Shown one piece after another: positions 1 through 10,100 of a stretch of 55,611 nucleotides of DNA (positions are counted from its first letter, which is position 1; every line of letters starts with the position of its first letter). A model generated the notes under the pieces. That model ran no database searches and had not been told where the DNA came from. It saw nothing but the letters and a program-made list of their open reading frames with translations. The stretch is from a virus (lineage: Duplodnaviria > Caudoviricetes), in IMG/VR virus record IMGVR_UViG_3300035670_000261, positions 1 to 55,611 of that record; one strand, given 5' to 3'. Made by a program: the position numbers and the translations under genes.

Positions 1-195
1 GGTGGTGTTGTAAAAGATATTGTCGATAGATATACGTTCGACTACATTCAGGGCTCATCCGTTGTAGCGGAGACTACTGATCTTGCCGGCGTGTTATATC
101 ACGATGCAGCCGAAAGCAATGACGAGCCCGCATTCTATTGGGGCGATACTACGTATGATTTTACGGATAGCTTCAACTCCCGCTATCTAAATACT
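1..195. repeat. Terminal overlap, left copy (circularisation overlap with 55417-55611)
   Basis: 1-195 matches 55417-55611 except G69 vs C55485. Confidence 0.97.
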
Positions 196-1191
196 ATACT
201 TGAGTCTGATGATTACGACCCGCCGCCCAACGATCTCAAGGGCCTGAAGACGATTCAAAATAACATTCTGTGCGGGTTTGTGGGCAATAGACTTTTCTTC
301 TCAGAACCAAATAAGCCGCATGCTTGGCCGTCTGATTACGAGAAGGTAGTCGATTTCGATATCGTAGCCGTCGAGCCTATAAGCAGCATTGGCGCAATCG
401 TTCTGACCAAAGGCTACCCGTATCTAGTAGATGGTAGCGATCCGGCTGTTCTAACTATTCGCCGTGTCGACGCGCTGTATCCATGCGTAAGTTCTAAAGG
501 TGTGGTGCCAATGAGCTATGGCATCATCTACCCGACGTACGAAGGACTAGCTGTATACTCCCCAACCTCCGGACCGAGGCTTATTACAGGTGCGCTATAC
601 GAACAGGATTCATGGTCGCTGTCATTCGACCCGAAGACGGTTGTCGCGACTTACTATAACGACAGTTATCTTGCTTCGCATTCAGCTGGCGGATTTGTAT
701 TTCAATTCGACCAGCAGACGGGCGGCATCTTCGTCGACATTGACCAGACGTTTGTGGCCGCTCATGCGGATAGTCTGAATACAAGGGTCTTCTTTGCGCA
801 GGATAATACCGGTAACGTATATGAGTGGGACGATCTTTCGCAGCCAAGCCAGATTGCAGAGTGGAAATCCAAAGTCCTGATAACCAAGGATTACATAAAT
901 CTAGGCGCTGCCAAAATTATAGCTGATTACGGAAGTACTCTTCCCACCTGGGATTTGTGGGATACAAACTGGGAAAATAACACCACGACTACCTGGGGCG
1001 AGGCGACTAATCTTACGTTTAATATGTGGGCTAATAAGTCGCTTGTGTTCTCTACTACTGTAACATCTGGCCAGACGTTTAGATTACCTACCGGATACCG
1101 CACCGATACTTACGAAGTTGGTGTCGTTACACCGGTGCGCGTACGCTCTATTCATCTGGCCGAAACGCCGCTTGGCCTGAAAGAAATCTGA
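1..1191 (+). CDS. 3' part of tail nozzle / tail tubular B-like protein (joins 54160..55416; about 815 aa total)
   Basis: Frame is continuous across the overlap (55417-54160 = 419 codons); beta-rich sequence with LFFSEPNKPHAWP and WKSKV motifs typical of podoviral nozzle proteins. Confidence 0.8.
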   Translation, partial: GGVVKDIVDRYTFDYIQGSSVVAETTDLAGVLYHDAAESNDEPAFYWGDTTYDFTDSFNSRYLNTILESDDYDPPPNDLKGLKTIQNNILCGFVGNRLFFSEPNKPHAWPSDYEKVVDFDIVAVEPISSIGAIVLTKGYPYLVDGSDPAVLTIRRVDALYPCVSSKGVVPMSYGIIYPTYEGLAVYSPTSGPRLITGALYEQDSWSLSFDPKTVVATYYNDSYLASHSAGGFVFQFDQQTGGIFVDIDQTFVAAHADSLNTRVFFAQDNTGNVYEWDDLSQPSQIAEWKSKVLITKDYINLGAAKIIADYGSTLPTWDLWDTNWENNTTTTWGEATNLTFNMWANKSLVFSTTVTSGQTFRLPTGYRTDTYEVGVVTPVRVRSIHLAETPLGLKEI

Positions 1192-1553
1192 TGGCTACTC
1201 GAACTCCACAGCGTCTGTTTGGCGCGCTGCCACAGCTACCGACAACTGATAATGTTGCCTTGAATCAGTGGTGCAGTGCCGTGACGCAGCAACTCCGGGT
1301 GCTGACGGCCAACGCTGGGGATAACGCCCTTCCGGCAAGAGCAATCGTGCGAGCGGACGTTACGGTGGCCGTACCCGAAACTACAATTAAAGCATGTAGC
1401 GCCACGGGTAGCGCGATCAATATAAGCGGTGCTTTGGCGGCTGAAGGTACGGACCATGCGCAGCTTGTCTCCGATGTCAAACAACTAGTAGCCGATGTGA
1501 ATAGACTACAAGCCGCTGTTAAGCTACTAACTAATCAGCTTAAAGGAGCATAA
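1191..1553 (+). CDS. Hypothetical virion protein (120 aa) with C-terminal coiled coil
   Basis: TGATG coupling to the nozzle gene; lies in the late operon. Confidence 0.7.
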   Translation: MATRTPQRLFGALPQLPTTDNVALNQWCSAVTQQLRVLTANAGDNALPARAIVRADVTVAVPETTIKACSATGSAINISGALAAEGTDHAQLVSDVKQLVADVNRLQAAVKLLTNQLKGA

Positions 1554-1555
1554 TC

Positions 1556-2413
1556 ATGGGTATTACTCCTATCTCTCTTACGCAACGTGTTCAAGCTGCT
1601 CGGGTAAGGGCCGCACCTGCTAATGTTGTGGCCGGGTCTAACAATGCTGGAGTCATTAGACCGCCGACTATCCCTGGCTCTCCGGTGCCCCGCTCCGGCG
1701 GTGTTATGCCAGAAGGTGGCGCAGCTGCTTTGGGAGCCATGATGCCAAATCCGTTTAGCAATCTGGCCACGACGTCTATGTACCAGCAACCGGACGTATC
1801 GCAGATTCCTATGGGCACGTTCCAAGAGGGCGGCTTTGTAGGTCCGGGTGGTATGCCGATGCAAGGTGGTATGCCAATGCAAGGTGGTATGCCCCAACCG
1901 GTGCAAGCTGGTATGCAGATGCAACAAATGCCGCAGATGCAGCAACAACCGCCTATGAACCCGCAAATGGTTCAGATGCAGGTGCAGGAAGCTATCAACA
2001 ATAACCCGCAGACAGTGGCCCAAGTTAGGCAAGCCATTGAGCAAGCCATGGCCAGTGGTGAACTGACTGCGCAAGAACTCCAGCAGGCAACTGAGTTAGC
2101 TACGCTGGTGCTAAGCAATCCTAGTATGTACCCACAAGTCCGCGCCTTCGCTATTCAGAACGGTCTGGCTGGCGAAGAAGATTTGCCGATGGAGTACGAC
2201 CAAGGACTGGTTATTGCTCTGCTTATCGCAGGCAAAGTTATGCAAACCGGCGGCATGCAGACGTTTGAATTTGGCGGGCAGGTCGCCGGGCAGATGAATT
2301 CCCCGGTGCCAATCATGGCCCATGAAGGCGAGTATGTAATCCCTAAAGAAGTTGTTATGCGTAAGGGCACGGATTTCTTCGATAAAATGGTAGGTCCGAA
2401 GCAGCCTAAATGA
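1556..2413 (+). CDS. Putative internal virion protein, M/Q/P-rich, with FxxGG motifs
   Basis: AAGGAG RBS; GGMPMQ repeats; C-terminal VPIMAHEGEYVIP motif seen in phage virion proteins. Confidence 0.65.
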   Translation: MGITPISLTQRVQAARVRAAPANVVAGSNNAGVIRPPTIPGSPVPRSGGVMPEGGAAALGAMMPNPFSNLATTSMYQQPDVSQIPMGTFQEGGFVGPGGMPMQGGMPMQGGMPQPVQAGMQMQQMPQMQQQPPMNPQMVQMQVQEAINNNPQTVAQVRQAIEQAMASGELTAQELQQATELATLVLSNPSMYPQVRAFAIQNGLAGEEDLPMEYDQGLVIALLIAGKVMQTGGMQTFEFGGQVAGQMNSPVPIMAHEGEYVIPKEVVMRKGTDFFDKMVGPKQPK

Positions 2414-2880
2414 CAAATGAAACTGTAGATACCCAAGTAGACTATGAGCCAATACTGCTTGGAACGCAGGAGCTACTTAACTATTACTGGCCCGCAATAG
2501 CATGGCAGCTTGAACGCTGTGTAGATAAAACCATGCGCGGCGAAGTAACGGTCGAAGATATCTATGACGCTGTTCTTAGGGCTGCAGCTGTTCTGTTTAT
2601 CGTCGGCAGAAAAACTGAAGAAGGGCCGGACGTTAAACTAGTCGTAGTGCTTGAGCCGGTAATTTATCCTCGCTTTCAGGCTATGAATATACTAGCATTG
2701 GCCGGTGAGAACCTAAACGATTTGCACGACCGCTATTGGAAAGCGCTGTGCGGCTGGGCCTACATGAACGGGGCCAGAGCTTTCGAAGGTTACGTATCCC
2801 CCGCTATGTTTAGGATCGTAAATAAATTCGGTTTTCATCAGGATAGTATATTTATCCGAATGCCCCTGACGGGAGAGTGA
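2410..2880 (+). CDS. Putative acetyltransferase (GNAT)-fold virion-associated protein
   Basis: ATGA overlap; C-terminal WAYMNGARAFEGYV...KFGF pattern; position just before the ejection genes, as for T7 gp13-like genes. Confidence 0.55.
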   Translation: MTNETVDTQVDYEPILLGTQELLNYYWPAIAWQLERCVDKTMRGEVTVEDIYDAVLRAAAVLFIVGRKTEEGPDVKLVVVLEPVIYPRFQAMNILALAGENLNDLHDRYWKALCGWAYMNGARAFEGYVSPAMFRIVNKFGFHQDSIFIRMPLTGE

Positions 2881-2881
2881 A

Positions 2882-4096
2882 ATGCACATCCAGTACGTCG
2901 CGCCAGCTCCGGGGGAGTACCCCGAACTGACCGAAGAGGCTTCAGGCAAGGGGCTGAAAAAAGGCCTTGGCGCTATTCTAGGTGTCGTGGTTAGCGCGTT
3001 TATCCCTGTAGTGGCTCCCCAGATTTTTGGCGCTCTCACTACTTCGCTGGGTCTTAAAGGCGCATTAGGGGCCGCCCTCACTAGCACGGCAGGAAGGGCT
3101 ATTGGAAGCGCACTGACAGGTGCTGTCCTCGGCGGCGCAACGAGCGCTCTTACCGGCGGTGACTGGCGTCAAGGTGCTTTGATGGGGGGCATCGGTGGCG
3201 GACTCGGCGGGCTGCGGGCTCCTATAGCTAGACCTGTCGCGGGGCCAACTCCAGGTCTTCCTCTTAAAACAGCGGGTATAGCGCCGACATTGACTACTTC
3301 TCCAGTGGCAGCGCCGGGTCAGCCGGGTGGTGGACCCATTGATCTCACGACGCCGACGGTACCGGATAGTAAATTTGCTAATATTGGTACTATCGACGGT
3401 GTTACTAAGGCCCAAGATATTGCTAATATAGCGGCAGGTAAAGGCCCGGTTGCCGCGCCTGCTCAAGCTCCGGTGGCTGCGCCTATGAGTACAACTGCTA
3501 GAGTAGCTGCACCGGGCGTCGGAGCAGGAGGCGGTATTACCGAACAACTTACCGGCGCTCTTGGGAGAGCGGTTCCTAATATTGTTGCAGGCGTAGCAGC
3601 TCAGTATTCTGGAGCGGCGGAAGAAGCCGAACTTGCACGAAGGTCCAGGGAAGAACAATACCGCTTGGCGCAACAAGCTTATGCTAGACAACAGGAGCTG
3701 GCTGCAAAAATCAGGGCTCTCGGCGACCGAAATGATCCTGAAGCACTGGCGACGCGTGCTGCTGTCCAACAACAATTAGCAGCGTTGAGAGCTACCCAAC
3801 AGACTGAGCGCGAATTCGCAGGTAGAGGGTATAATGAAGAACGCCTCAGAGGTATTCGGCGTCGTGGTAAACTAGCCGGAGCACGAGCCGCAGGACTTGG
3901 CGCAACGCAAGCAGCTGCTGGGGGTTCAGCGGCACAAGCGCAAATATATGGAACCGCCGCAGGACTATATGGCCAGACTCCACCTGCGTATGAGCCGACG
4001 CAATCAGTTAGTAATGTCGCCGGCAGCCTTGGCAATCTTGCTGGCGGGTTGTTTTACAATACAAACCAACCGGGCAATTTGTGGGGAGGGGGGTAA
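2882..4096 (+). CDS. Putative DNA ejection / pilot protein
   Basis: GGGAG RBS; Gly/Ala-rich hydrophobic N-terminal helices, coiled-coil C-terminal half. Confidence 0.6.
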   Translation: MHIQYVAPAPGEYPELTEEASGKGLKKGLGAILGVVVSAFIPVVAPQIFGALTTSLGLKGALGAALTSTAGRAIGSALTGAVLGGATSALTGGDWRQGALMGGIGGGLGGLRAPIARPVAGPTPGLPLKTAGIAPTLTTSPVAAPGQPGGGPIDLTTPTVPDSKFANIGTIDGVTKAQDIANIAAGKGPVAAPAQAPVAAPMSTTARVAAPGVGAGGGITEQLTGALGRAVPNIVAGVAAQYSGAAEEAELARRSREEQYRLAQQAYARQQELAAKIRALGDRNDPEALATRAAVQQQLAALRATQQTEREFAGRGYNEERLRGIRRRGKLAGARAAGLGATQAAAGGSAAQAQIYGTAAGLYGQTPPAYEPTQSVSNVAGSLGNLAGGLFYNTNQPGNLWGGG

Positions 4097-4099
4097 ATC

Positions 4100-5830
4100 A
4101 TGGCCAACTTTATCGATTACCTCGGTCTTACAGCCCCTGGCGTAATAGAAGGACGAGCAGCTAGACAGACTGAAGATATCAATCGGCTCCGTATTGCGGA
4201 GGCACAGCGCGCTGCGCGCCTAGCTGCACAAACCGAAGAGATGAACGCGGCGATTGCGCGGCAACTTCAGCCTATGAGTCTAGGAGGTCTACGCCAGCCG
4301 CAACCCGATGAAAGCCGGTATACCGCTACGCTGACTGAAAGGCCTGCTGCGGATACTGCGCCGGCTACTGCGCCTGCTGCAGCTACTGCGCCGGCTATTG
4401 CGCCTGCTACTGCACCTGCTGCGGCTACCACGCCTGCTGCGCTTTTTCGGTTTGGCGGGGCAGAAAGCTGGCGATTTGAGCCGCCGCAAGAGCCGGTACA
4501 GCCAGTGCGAGAACTAACGGCTTTACAAGCAGTGCGGTACAACAGATATCGCGAAGCGTTCCGACAATACGCCCTCGGTGAAGCAAGTATAGAAGTCGTA
4601 CGTCGAGCTAGAGATGCTGCAATACGTACCGGCGCTATAACTGGTACACCGTCTGCGGGTGAAACAGTCCGAGAGCGGCGCAGAGGCCGTATTACTGCTC
4701 CGCTTATTCCTGAATCACAAGCCCCCGCCGCTGCTCCCGCTGGCAGCGTGCTCCCAACTGCTAGTGATATAGATTGGCAAAACATAGGCATACAAGGGTT
4801 TCGTCTTACAGAAGGTGTACGCCAAGAAGGTGAGCGACCACAGGGCGGCGCTCCGGCTTCGCAGCATTATATGTCGCAGGGCGGCACTGCTGTAGATTTT
4901 AATATCGGCCCGCCGGGAAATATATTAGTACCGAATGCACAGCAAGAGGCGCAGATACGCCAGCAACTGGCAAACCATATTGGCGTGCCCGTTGAACAGC
5001 TTCGCGGCGGTTTTACGCAGCGAGGGACTGCACCACATTTTCATTATGAATGGGGTCCGCAGAACGGGCAAGCAGCACGAGCCGGACTAAGTGCTGCAGC
5101 AAGTCTAGCCACCTCTCCTATTTCGCAGCCATCGGGGGATGATGAGTCCGATCTTGCAACGCTTCGGTTTAGAGGAGCCAACAATATAATTCCGCAGGGC
5201 ATGCAGTTTGCGGATATGCAGGCTAATGCTTTAGCGCAAGTATACAACACGCTGCTATCTTATGGGCGTGGAATGGAAGCCCTTGGCGTGCTGGATCAAA
5301 TGGCGCAAGCGCATAATCAGATCGAAGCCTTGTCTCTTGAACAAGATGTTTTTGCAGCAATTGCCGGCGATCTTCAACCGCTGGCCCAACGACTGGCTAA
5401 CGCTACACAGTCTAATATTGAGGTTAGTGATAACGGCGACGGTACCTACACGTTCTTTCAAGACAACGAAGAAGTAGGCACAGCCACAGCCTCGCAATTT
5501 ATCACAATGTCTAGAGCTTTGTTGGACCGGCAATTCAGACAAACTCAGGCTGAAGTCGCTGCCCAACGTGCAGAACGACAAGCAGAACTCGCTGGAGAAC
5601 TGCAACTAGCTTATTTAACCGGGGCGATAGATATAGAAGAAGCACGTATTCGCGCTGCTGCCGCGCAAGGCGGATTTGAAATCACAGATTTTACAGACGC
5701 CGAGGGAAATACGGTAGTAGCAGTTATCGATAGAAGAACCGGACGTACAGTAAGGGTTGATAGGTATGGCGAAGTGCCCGGTCCACGCGGCACAAGTACG
5801 TACGGCGTAACACAAATTCCTGCGGGTTAG
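4100..5830 (+). CDS. Internal virion (ejection) protein with a peptidase M15-like Zn motif
   Basis: LTEGVR...SQHYMSQGGTAVDF...PHFHYEW; Ala/Pro/Thr linker repeats. Confidence 0.6.
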   Translation: MANFIDYLGLTAPGVIEGRAARQTEDINRLRIAEAQRAARLAAQTEEMNAAIARQLQPMSLGGLRQPQPDESRYTATLTERPAADTAPATAPAAATAPAIAPATAPAAATTPAALFRFGGAESWRFEPPQEPVQPVRELTALQAVRYNRYREAFRQYALGEASIEVVRRARDAAIRTGAITGTPSAGETVRERRRGRITAPLIPESQAPAAAPAGSVLPTASDIDWQNIGIQGFRLTEGVRQEGERPQGGAPASQHYMSQGGTAVDFNIGPPGNILVPNAQQEAQIRQQLANHIGVPVEQLRGGFTQRGTAPHFHYEWGPQNGQAARAGLSAAASLATSPISQPSGDDESDLATLRFRGANNIIPQGMQFADMQANALAQVYNTLLSYGRGMEALGVLDQMAQAHNQIEALSLEQDVFAAIAGDLQPLAQRLANATQSNIEVSDNGDGTYTFFQDNEEVGTATASQFITMSRALLDRQFRQTQAEVAAQRAERQAELAGELQLAYLTGAIDIEEARIRAAAAQGGFEITDFTDAEGNTVVAVIDRRTGRTVRVDRYGEVPGPRGTSTYGVTQIPAG

Positions 5831-5834
5831 TATC

Positions 5835-7139
5835 ATGGATGACAGATTTAATCTCAGAGAGTTTTTGTTTCCGACGAGCCGCGTGAACCAGCGAGAAACA
5901 GAACGAGCCGTCGAGCGCGAACAAGCTGTTGCAAGGGAACGGCAAGGGCTTCCTTCTTTGGAAAGTTTGCGCGCACGCATGCCTGCGTCTGACCCAAGAT
6001 TTGCTAGTACTTTTACGAATTCGCAGCTGCGCGATATGGGTTTTACACCCACTGAAATAACACAGATTTTAAATCAAGGGGTTGCCGGGGGTAGGTTTGG
6101 TAATATGCCAAGCCCTAGACTGCAAGCCACGCCGGCAAGACCGAATACTGATAATACAAATATGCCGGCGAGTACGTTTCTAAACGCACGTCCAGAGAGT
6201 GACGCGTATAGAAGAGTAGTCGGAGTCGCGCAAAGGGCCGATACAAATACTGATATACCACCAAGTATGGCGGCTGCTTTAGATACGCCGCAAGTTCAAA
6301 GCTATATGGCTGGCGTATCACGCGGGTATCGCCCAATGCCCCCGGAGAGAGCTACGGCTTATTTAGCAACAAGCGGAAATCCCAGCAATCTTAGCTACCC
6401 CAATACTCTTTCTGATGATGAGCTAAGGCAAGCCGGTTTTGGTAGAACAGAAATAAACTTGATAAGACAACGAGCCCCGCAGCAAGAATTTATATCGGGG
6501 CGGAATCCGAGGGCAGGTGTAAGAATAGAGCAGGTAGCTTCTCGCGGAAACGTAGAACCTGTATCTATGTCCCCTGTTTCGGCGACTACAGCCCGAGCTA
6601 CACCGGGATACCTTGATATGGTTGCTCAAGCATTTGATCGTAGGCAGCGAGAATCGAGAGATATAATACCTAATGCAGAACTAACCGGCCCTAGAGCTGG
6701 TTACAGAACCCGTGCGATGTCAGAAAGCTTAAGGCGCGGTGGGTATGGTGCTGAGTTGGGTGGGTTTCACGAGCAAGGTCGTGCGTGGGATTTAAGATAC
6801 GTAGATAATAATGGAGTGGAGCGCCCGTGGACAATGCGTCGGGTTAACCAAGCAATACAGGACTTTGAAAATAATACCGGGCTACGTGTGATAAGACCGC
6901 AACAAACAAATGTACCGGGTCAAATAGGCGTAGTAGAGACCGAAAGTACTTATGTAAGCCCTGTCCATGGACAACTTCATTTGGTTTGGGAGCTGCCGGA
7001 AGAACGCACAAGCTTAGAAGGATTCGGTGCAATTGGGTCTATCGAAGACCCGCGTATAGCATTACGCACAATAGGGCTTGCTGGAAGTCCGGATGTACGT
7101 GCACAAATAACTAGTTCGCAACCGGCTCGACCGCGATAG
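5835..7139 (+). CDS. Internal virion protein with a C-terminal peptidase M15-like motif
   Basis: AGYRT...FHEQGRAWD (H-x6-D)...HGQLHLVWE. Confidence 0.55.
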   Translation: MDDRFNLREFLFPTSRVNQRETERAVEREQAVARERQGLPSLESLRARMPASDPRFASTFTNSQLRDMGFTPTEITQILNQGVAGGRFGNMPSPRLQATPARPNTDNTNMPASTFLNARPESDAYRRVVGVAQRADTNTDIPPSMAAALDTPQVQSYMAGVSRGYRPMPPERATAYLATSGNPSNLSYPNTLSDDELRQAGFGRTEINLIRQRAPQQEFISGRNPRAGVRIEQVASRGNVEPVSMSPVSATTARATPGYLDMVAQAFDRRQRESRDIIPNAELTGPRAGYRTRAMSESLRRGGYGAELGGFHEQGRAWDLRYVDNNGVERPWTMRRVNQAIQDFENNTGLRVIRPQQTNVPGQIGVVETESTYVSPVHGQLHLVWELPEERTSLEGFGAIGSIEDPRIALRTIGLAGSPDVRAQITSSQPARPR

Positions 7140-7148
7140 GAAATAATA

Positions 7149-10100
7149 ATGGCAAGAGAACCTAGATCATCTGCGTTTGCGAGCCCAACGCTGCAAGCGA
7201 CTGGCTTAGGTTTACCTAGCGATCCGTACAGTATGTTCGATACGTCGACTACTGATATCGGTATGGCCGGACTTCGTACTGAGTCTATTCCTGACTATGC
7301 TGGACTTATTCGCCAGCAAGGGCAGGCGGCTATTGATAGTTTCTCTGCGCCGATGGCGAACACTGGATCACAGCTATCGCCTAGTATCTTCTATAGCCCG
7401 TCCACGCGCCGGCTTAATGTCGGCGGCTTTGAGTTTTCTGAAGAAGACGCGGCAAGCGCGCTTCAGTCCGAGCAATATCTAGGCCGACCGGCTACGCCAT
7501 CTGCGGAAGCAACTGACTGGTATGCGCTCCCTGAAAGTGCGTACTCTTCGTACATCGAAAGCGTGCGTAATCCAACGCGTGGCGAGTTGTTTAGCCGTGG
7601 GTTCCAGCGTGGCGTGCTGGGCATGCAGACACTGCTAGGTTCGGGGCTGCAATTTGCCGGTGCCGAAGAAGCCGGTGCGGGACTTGTTTCCGATGCAGCG
7701 CGCCAGCTGCAAATGTATGAGCCGTATCAACGGCAGTTCACAGACATCGACGATCCAAGCGAAGCAATCGACTGGGCAGTATCCTCTTTCGGTGAGCTGC
7801 TTCCGAGCGTGATTGAGTCTGGTGCTGTCGCTCTTGGTGGCTTTGCTGCCGGTACTGTTGGCGGCGGTGGCAATCCTCTCGTTGGCGCTGGCGCTGCTAT
7901 CTCTGGACTAGTTGGTCGACAAGCGTGGAGGCAAACCGCGCTTCAAGCTGCGCGTACATATGCGGCGCGGCGCGCTGCAGGCGATGCTCCACGGGTAGCG
8001 CTGCAAGCTATCGGTCGAGAAGGTCGAGACGCATTGCGCCAAGCGTCAGCACTGGGTGCGCTGACGGTCAACAATTATATGACCGGTGTAGCAGATACTT
8101 ACAACGAGCTGCGCCAGAGCGGTGCTGACCCTGCTGACATAGAAGCTCGCATGTTGTCGGCCTTCGCAGGTATTCCTTACGCCGCTTTCGAGACAGTGCC
8201 AGAAGCGTTGTTGATGGATCGCCTGCTTGGCGGGCGCTTCCTGTCTAACTTCCGTGGCCAACCACTTCGCCGAGTTGCTGCCGGCGCTGGTGCTGGTGCG
8301 GGTATCGAAGCTCTTGCTGAGGCTGGGCAAGAAGCCACTGTGCTTGGCGCATCGTCGCTGTTTAACAATCGCGAATTCCTCACTGACGAGAACCTTGCGC
8401 GGCTTGTGAATTCTGCTGCCGCTGGCGCTCTTGGCGGCGCGATCTTCGGCGGTATCGGTGGTGTCACTGCGCCATCTGATCCTGTTGATGTTCTCAACAA
8501 TCCGTCGCCTCCGCCACCTCCGCCGCCTCCATCTGAACCCGGCCCTGGCATGGGCGGCTTTGAGTTTGAACAGCCTTTTCCTGTCGAACCGCCGCCTCCT
8601 CCGCCAGAGCCTTTTGTGTTTACGGGCGATGTAGCAGAAGCGCCGACCGAATTTACCCCTTCGCCTGGATTAGGTATGGCTCCCGGTGCTGCGCGTTTGC
8701 GTAGAGCCGCTGCGCAACCAACTGCACAACTCGATCTGCGCCGGCCACTGAGGACCGGTGAAGGCCCCGGACTTCCGCTTGAACCTCCTGCGCAGCGCAC
8801 TGCTGAAGGCTATTTTGAGCAACGACCTGATATTCAGGTGGAGCAGTATTACCAAGGAGTCGACCGCAATAATCTCTACCGTGGTGATGTATCGCCACGC
8901 GAAGCTGCGATACCGCCGAGAGGAGCAGGAGCGCTACGAGCTGGGCCTAATCGCCGTGGGGGTACGGTTGTAGCTATTCCTCCTGCTACGCAGCCAAGGC
9001 AAACGGTATCGGCAACGCCGGAGCCTACACCTACGCAAGTAGCTCCGTTATCTATTATTCCATCGCCGCCGATCCCTCCTCCACTGGGTATGAGGCCGAC
9101 CACTATTAATCTTCGTCGTGGTAGGAAGCCCGCGACTCCTAGCGGCAAACAGCGTATCAAAAAAACCGTGGCGCTGAAGCCGGAATACTTTACTGGCCGT
9201 ATGCCGCAGGCTGTCACAGACTTTAAAAACGAGATCGAAGCCACGCCAGAAGCAGAACGTTCGGCGATCCAGCTCGCGTGGCTTGGAGATTATGACCGCA
9301 TGGCGGCGGAAGCTGCCGCACAACAAGTACAGGAAGGAGAGTCGAATGCCGCTCAAGAGCCAAGCCCAACGCAGGTACCTGTGGGCGAACAACCCGAAGC
9401 TCGCAAGAGAATTCGAAGAGGCAACGCCAAACAACCGGAAGCTGCCGGAGCGCGTGACGAAGGGCAAGCTGAACCGGAAATCAACGAAGAAAAAGTAGTA
9501 GACGCAGTTATTGCCGCGTCTCAAAAAGCCGAAGGAAAAGAAAAAGAAGCCGCATTACGTTCTATGCGCGCTGTGATCTCCAGTAAAAAACTAGGATTGA
9601 CCCAAGCCGAAAAAGACGAGGCGGCCCGCCGATTAGGTGTACCGCCAATGCAAACACCAGAGGCACGTGCTGCCAGGGGTAAGGCGTTCGTAGACCAAAA
9701 AGCACGGGCTGCGGCACTTTGGAACGATGTGTCTAACACTGCTTTTATCAAAGCAGTAGACAATGTATCGCGCGCTAGGAACGATGAGTCGCGCGCAAAA
9801 GCGCAAAACGAACTCATAGATTTTATTCTACAGAACAAAGATTTTGTGGATGCGTGGGCAACGCATTACAAAGGGCCGGATGGTAAGCGTCGCAAACGTA
9901 GAGAAAACCAAGCTGATATTATTCAAGCCACACTGGAAGAAATAAATCGCAGGGAGAACATCAAACCTGCGCCGCCAACTCCGGATGCACAGCGCCCACC
10001 GCTTAATTATGGTGTGGCGCGGATGTATATCCAGCGCTTGGTCAGTAAGATCAGTAAGAACCTGCGCAACCACATTGGTGTCCACCGTAACTGGGATGAC

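Noticed and set aside
8758-8973. Other same-strand alternative-frame ORFs inside the giant gene
   Set aside because: Unlike 9346..9498, they lack a convincing SD-ATG and any family resemblance.
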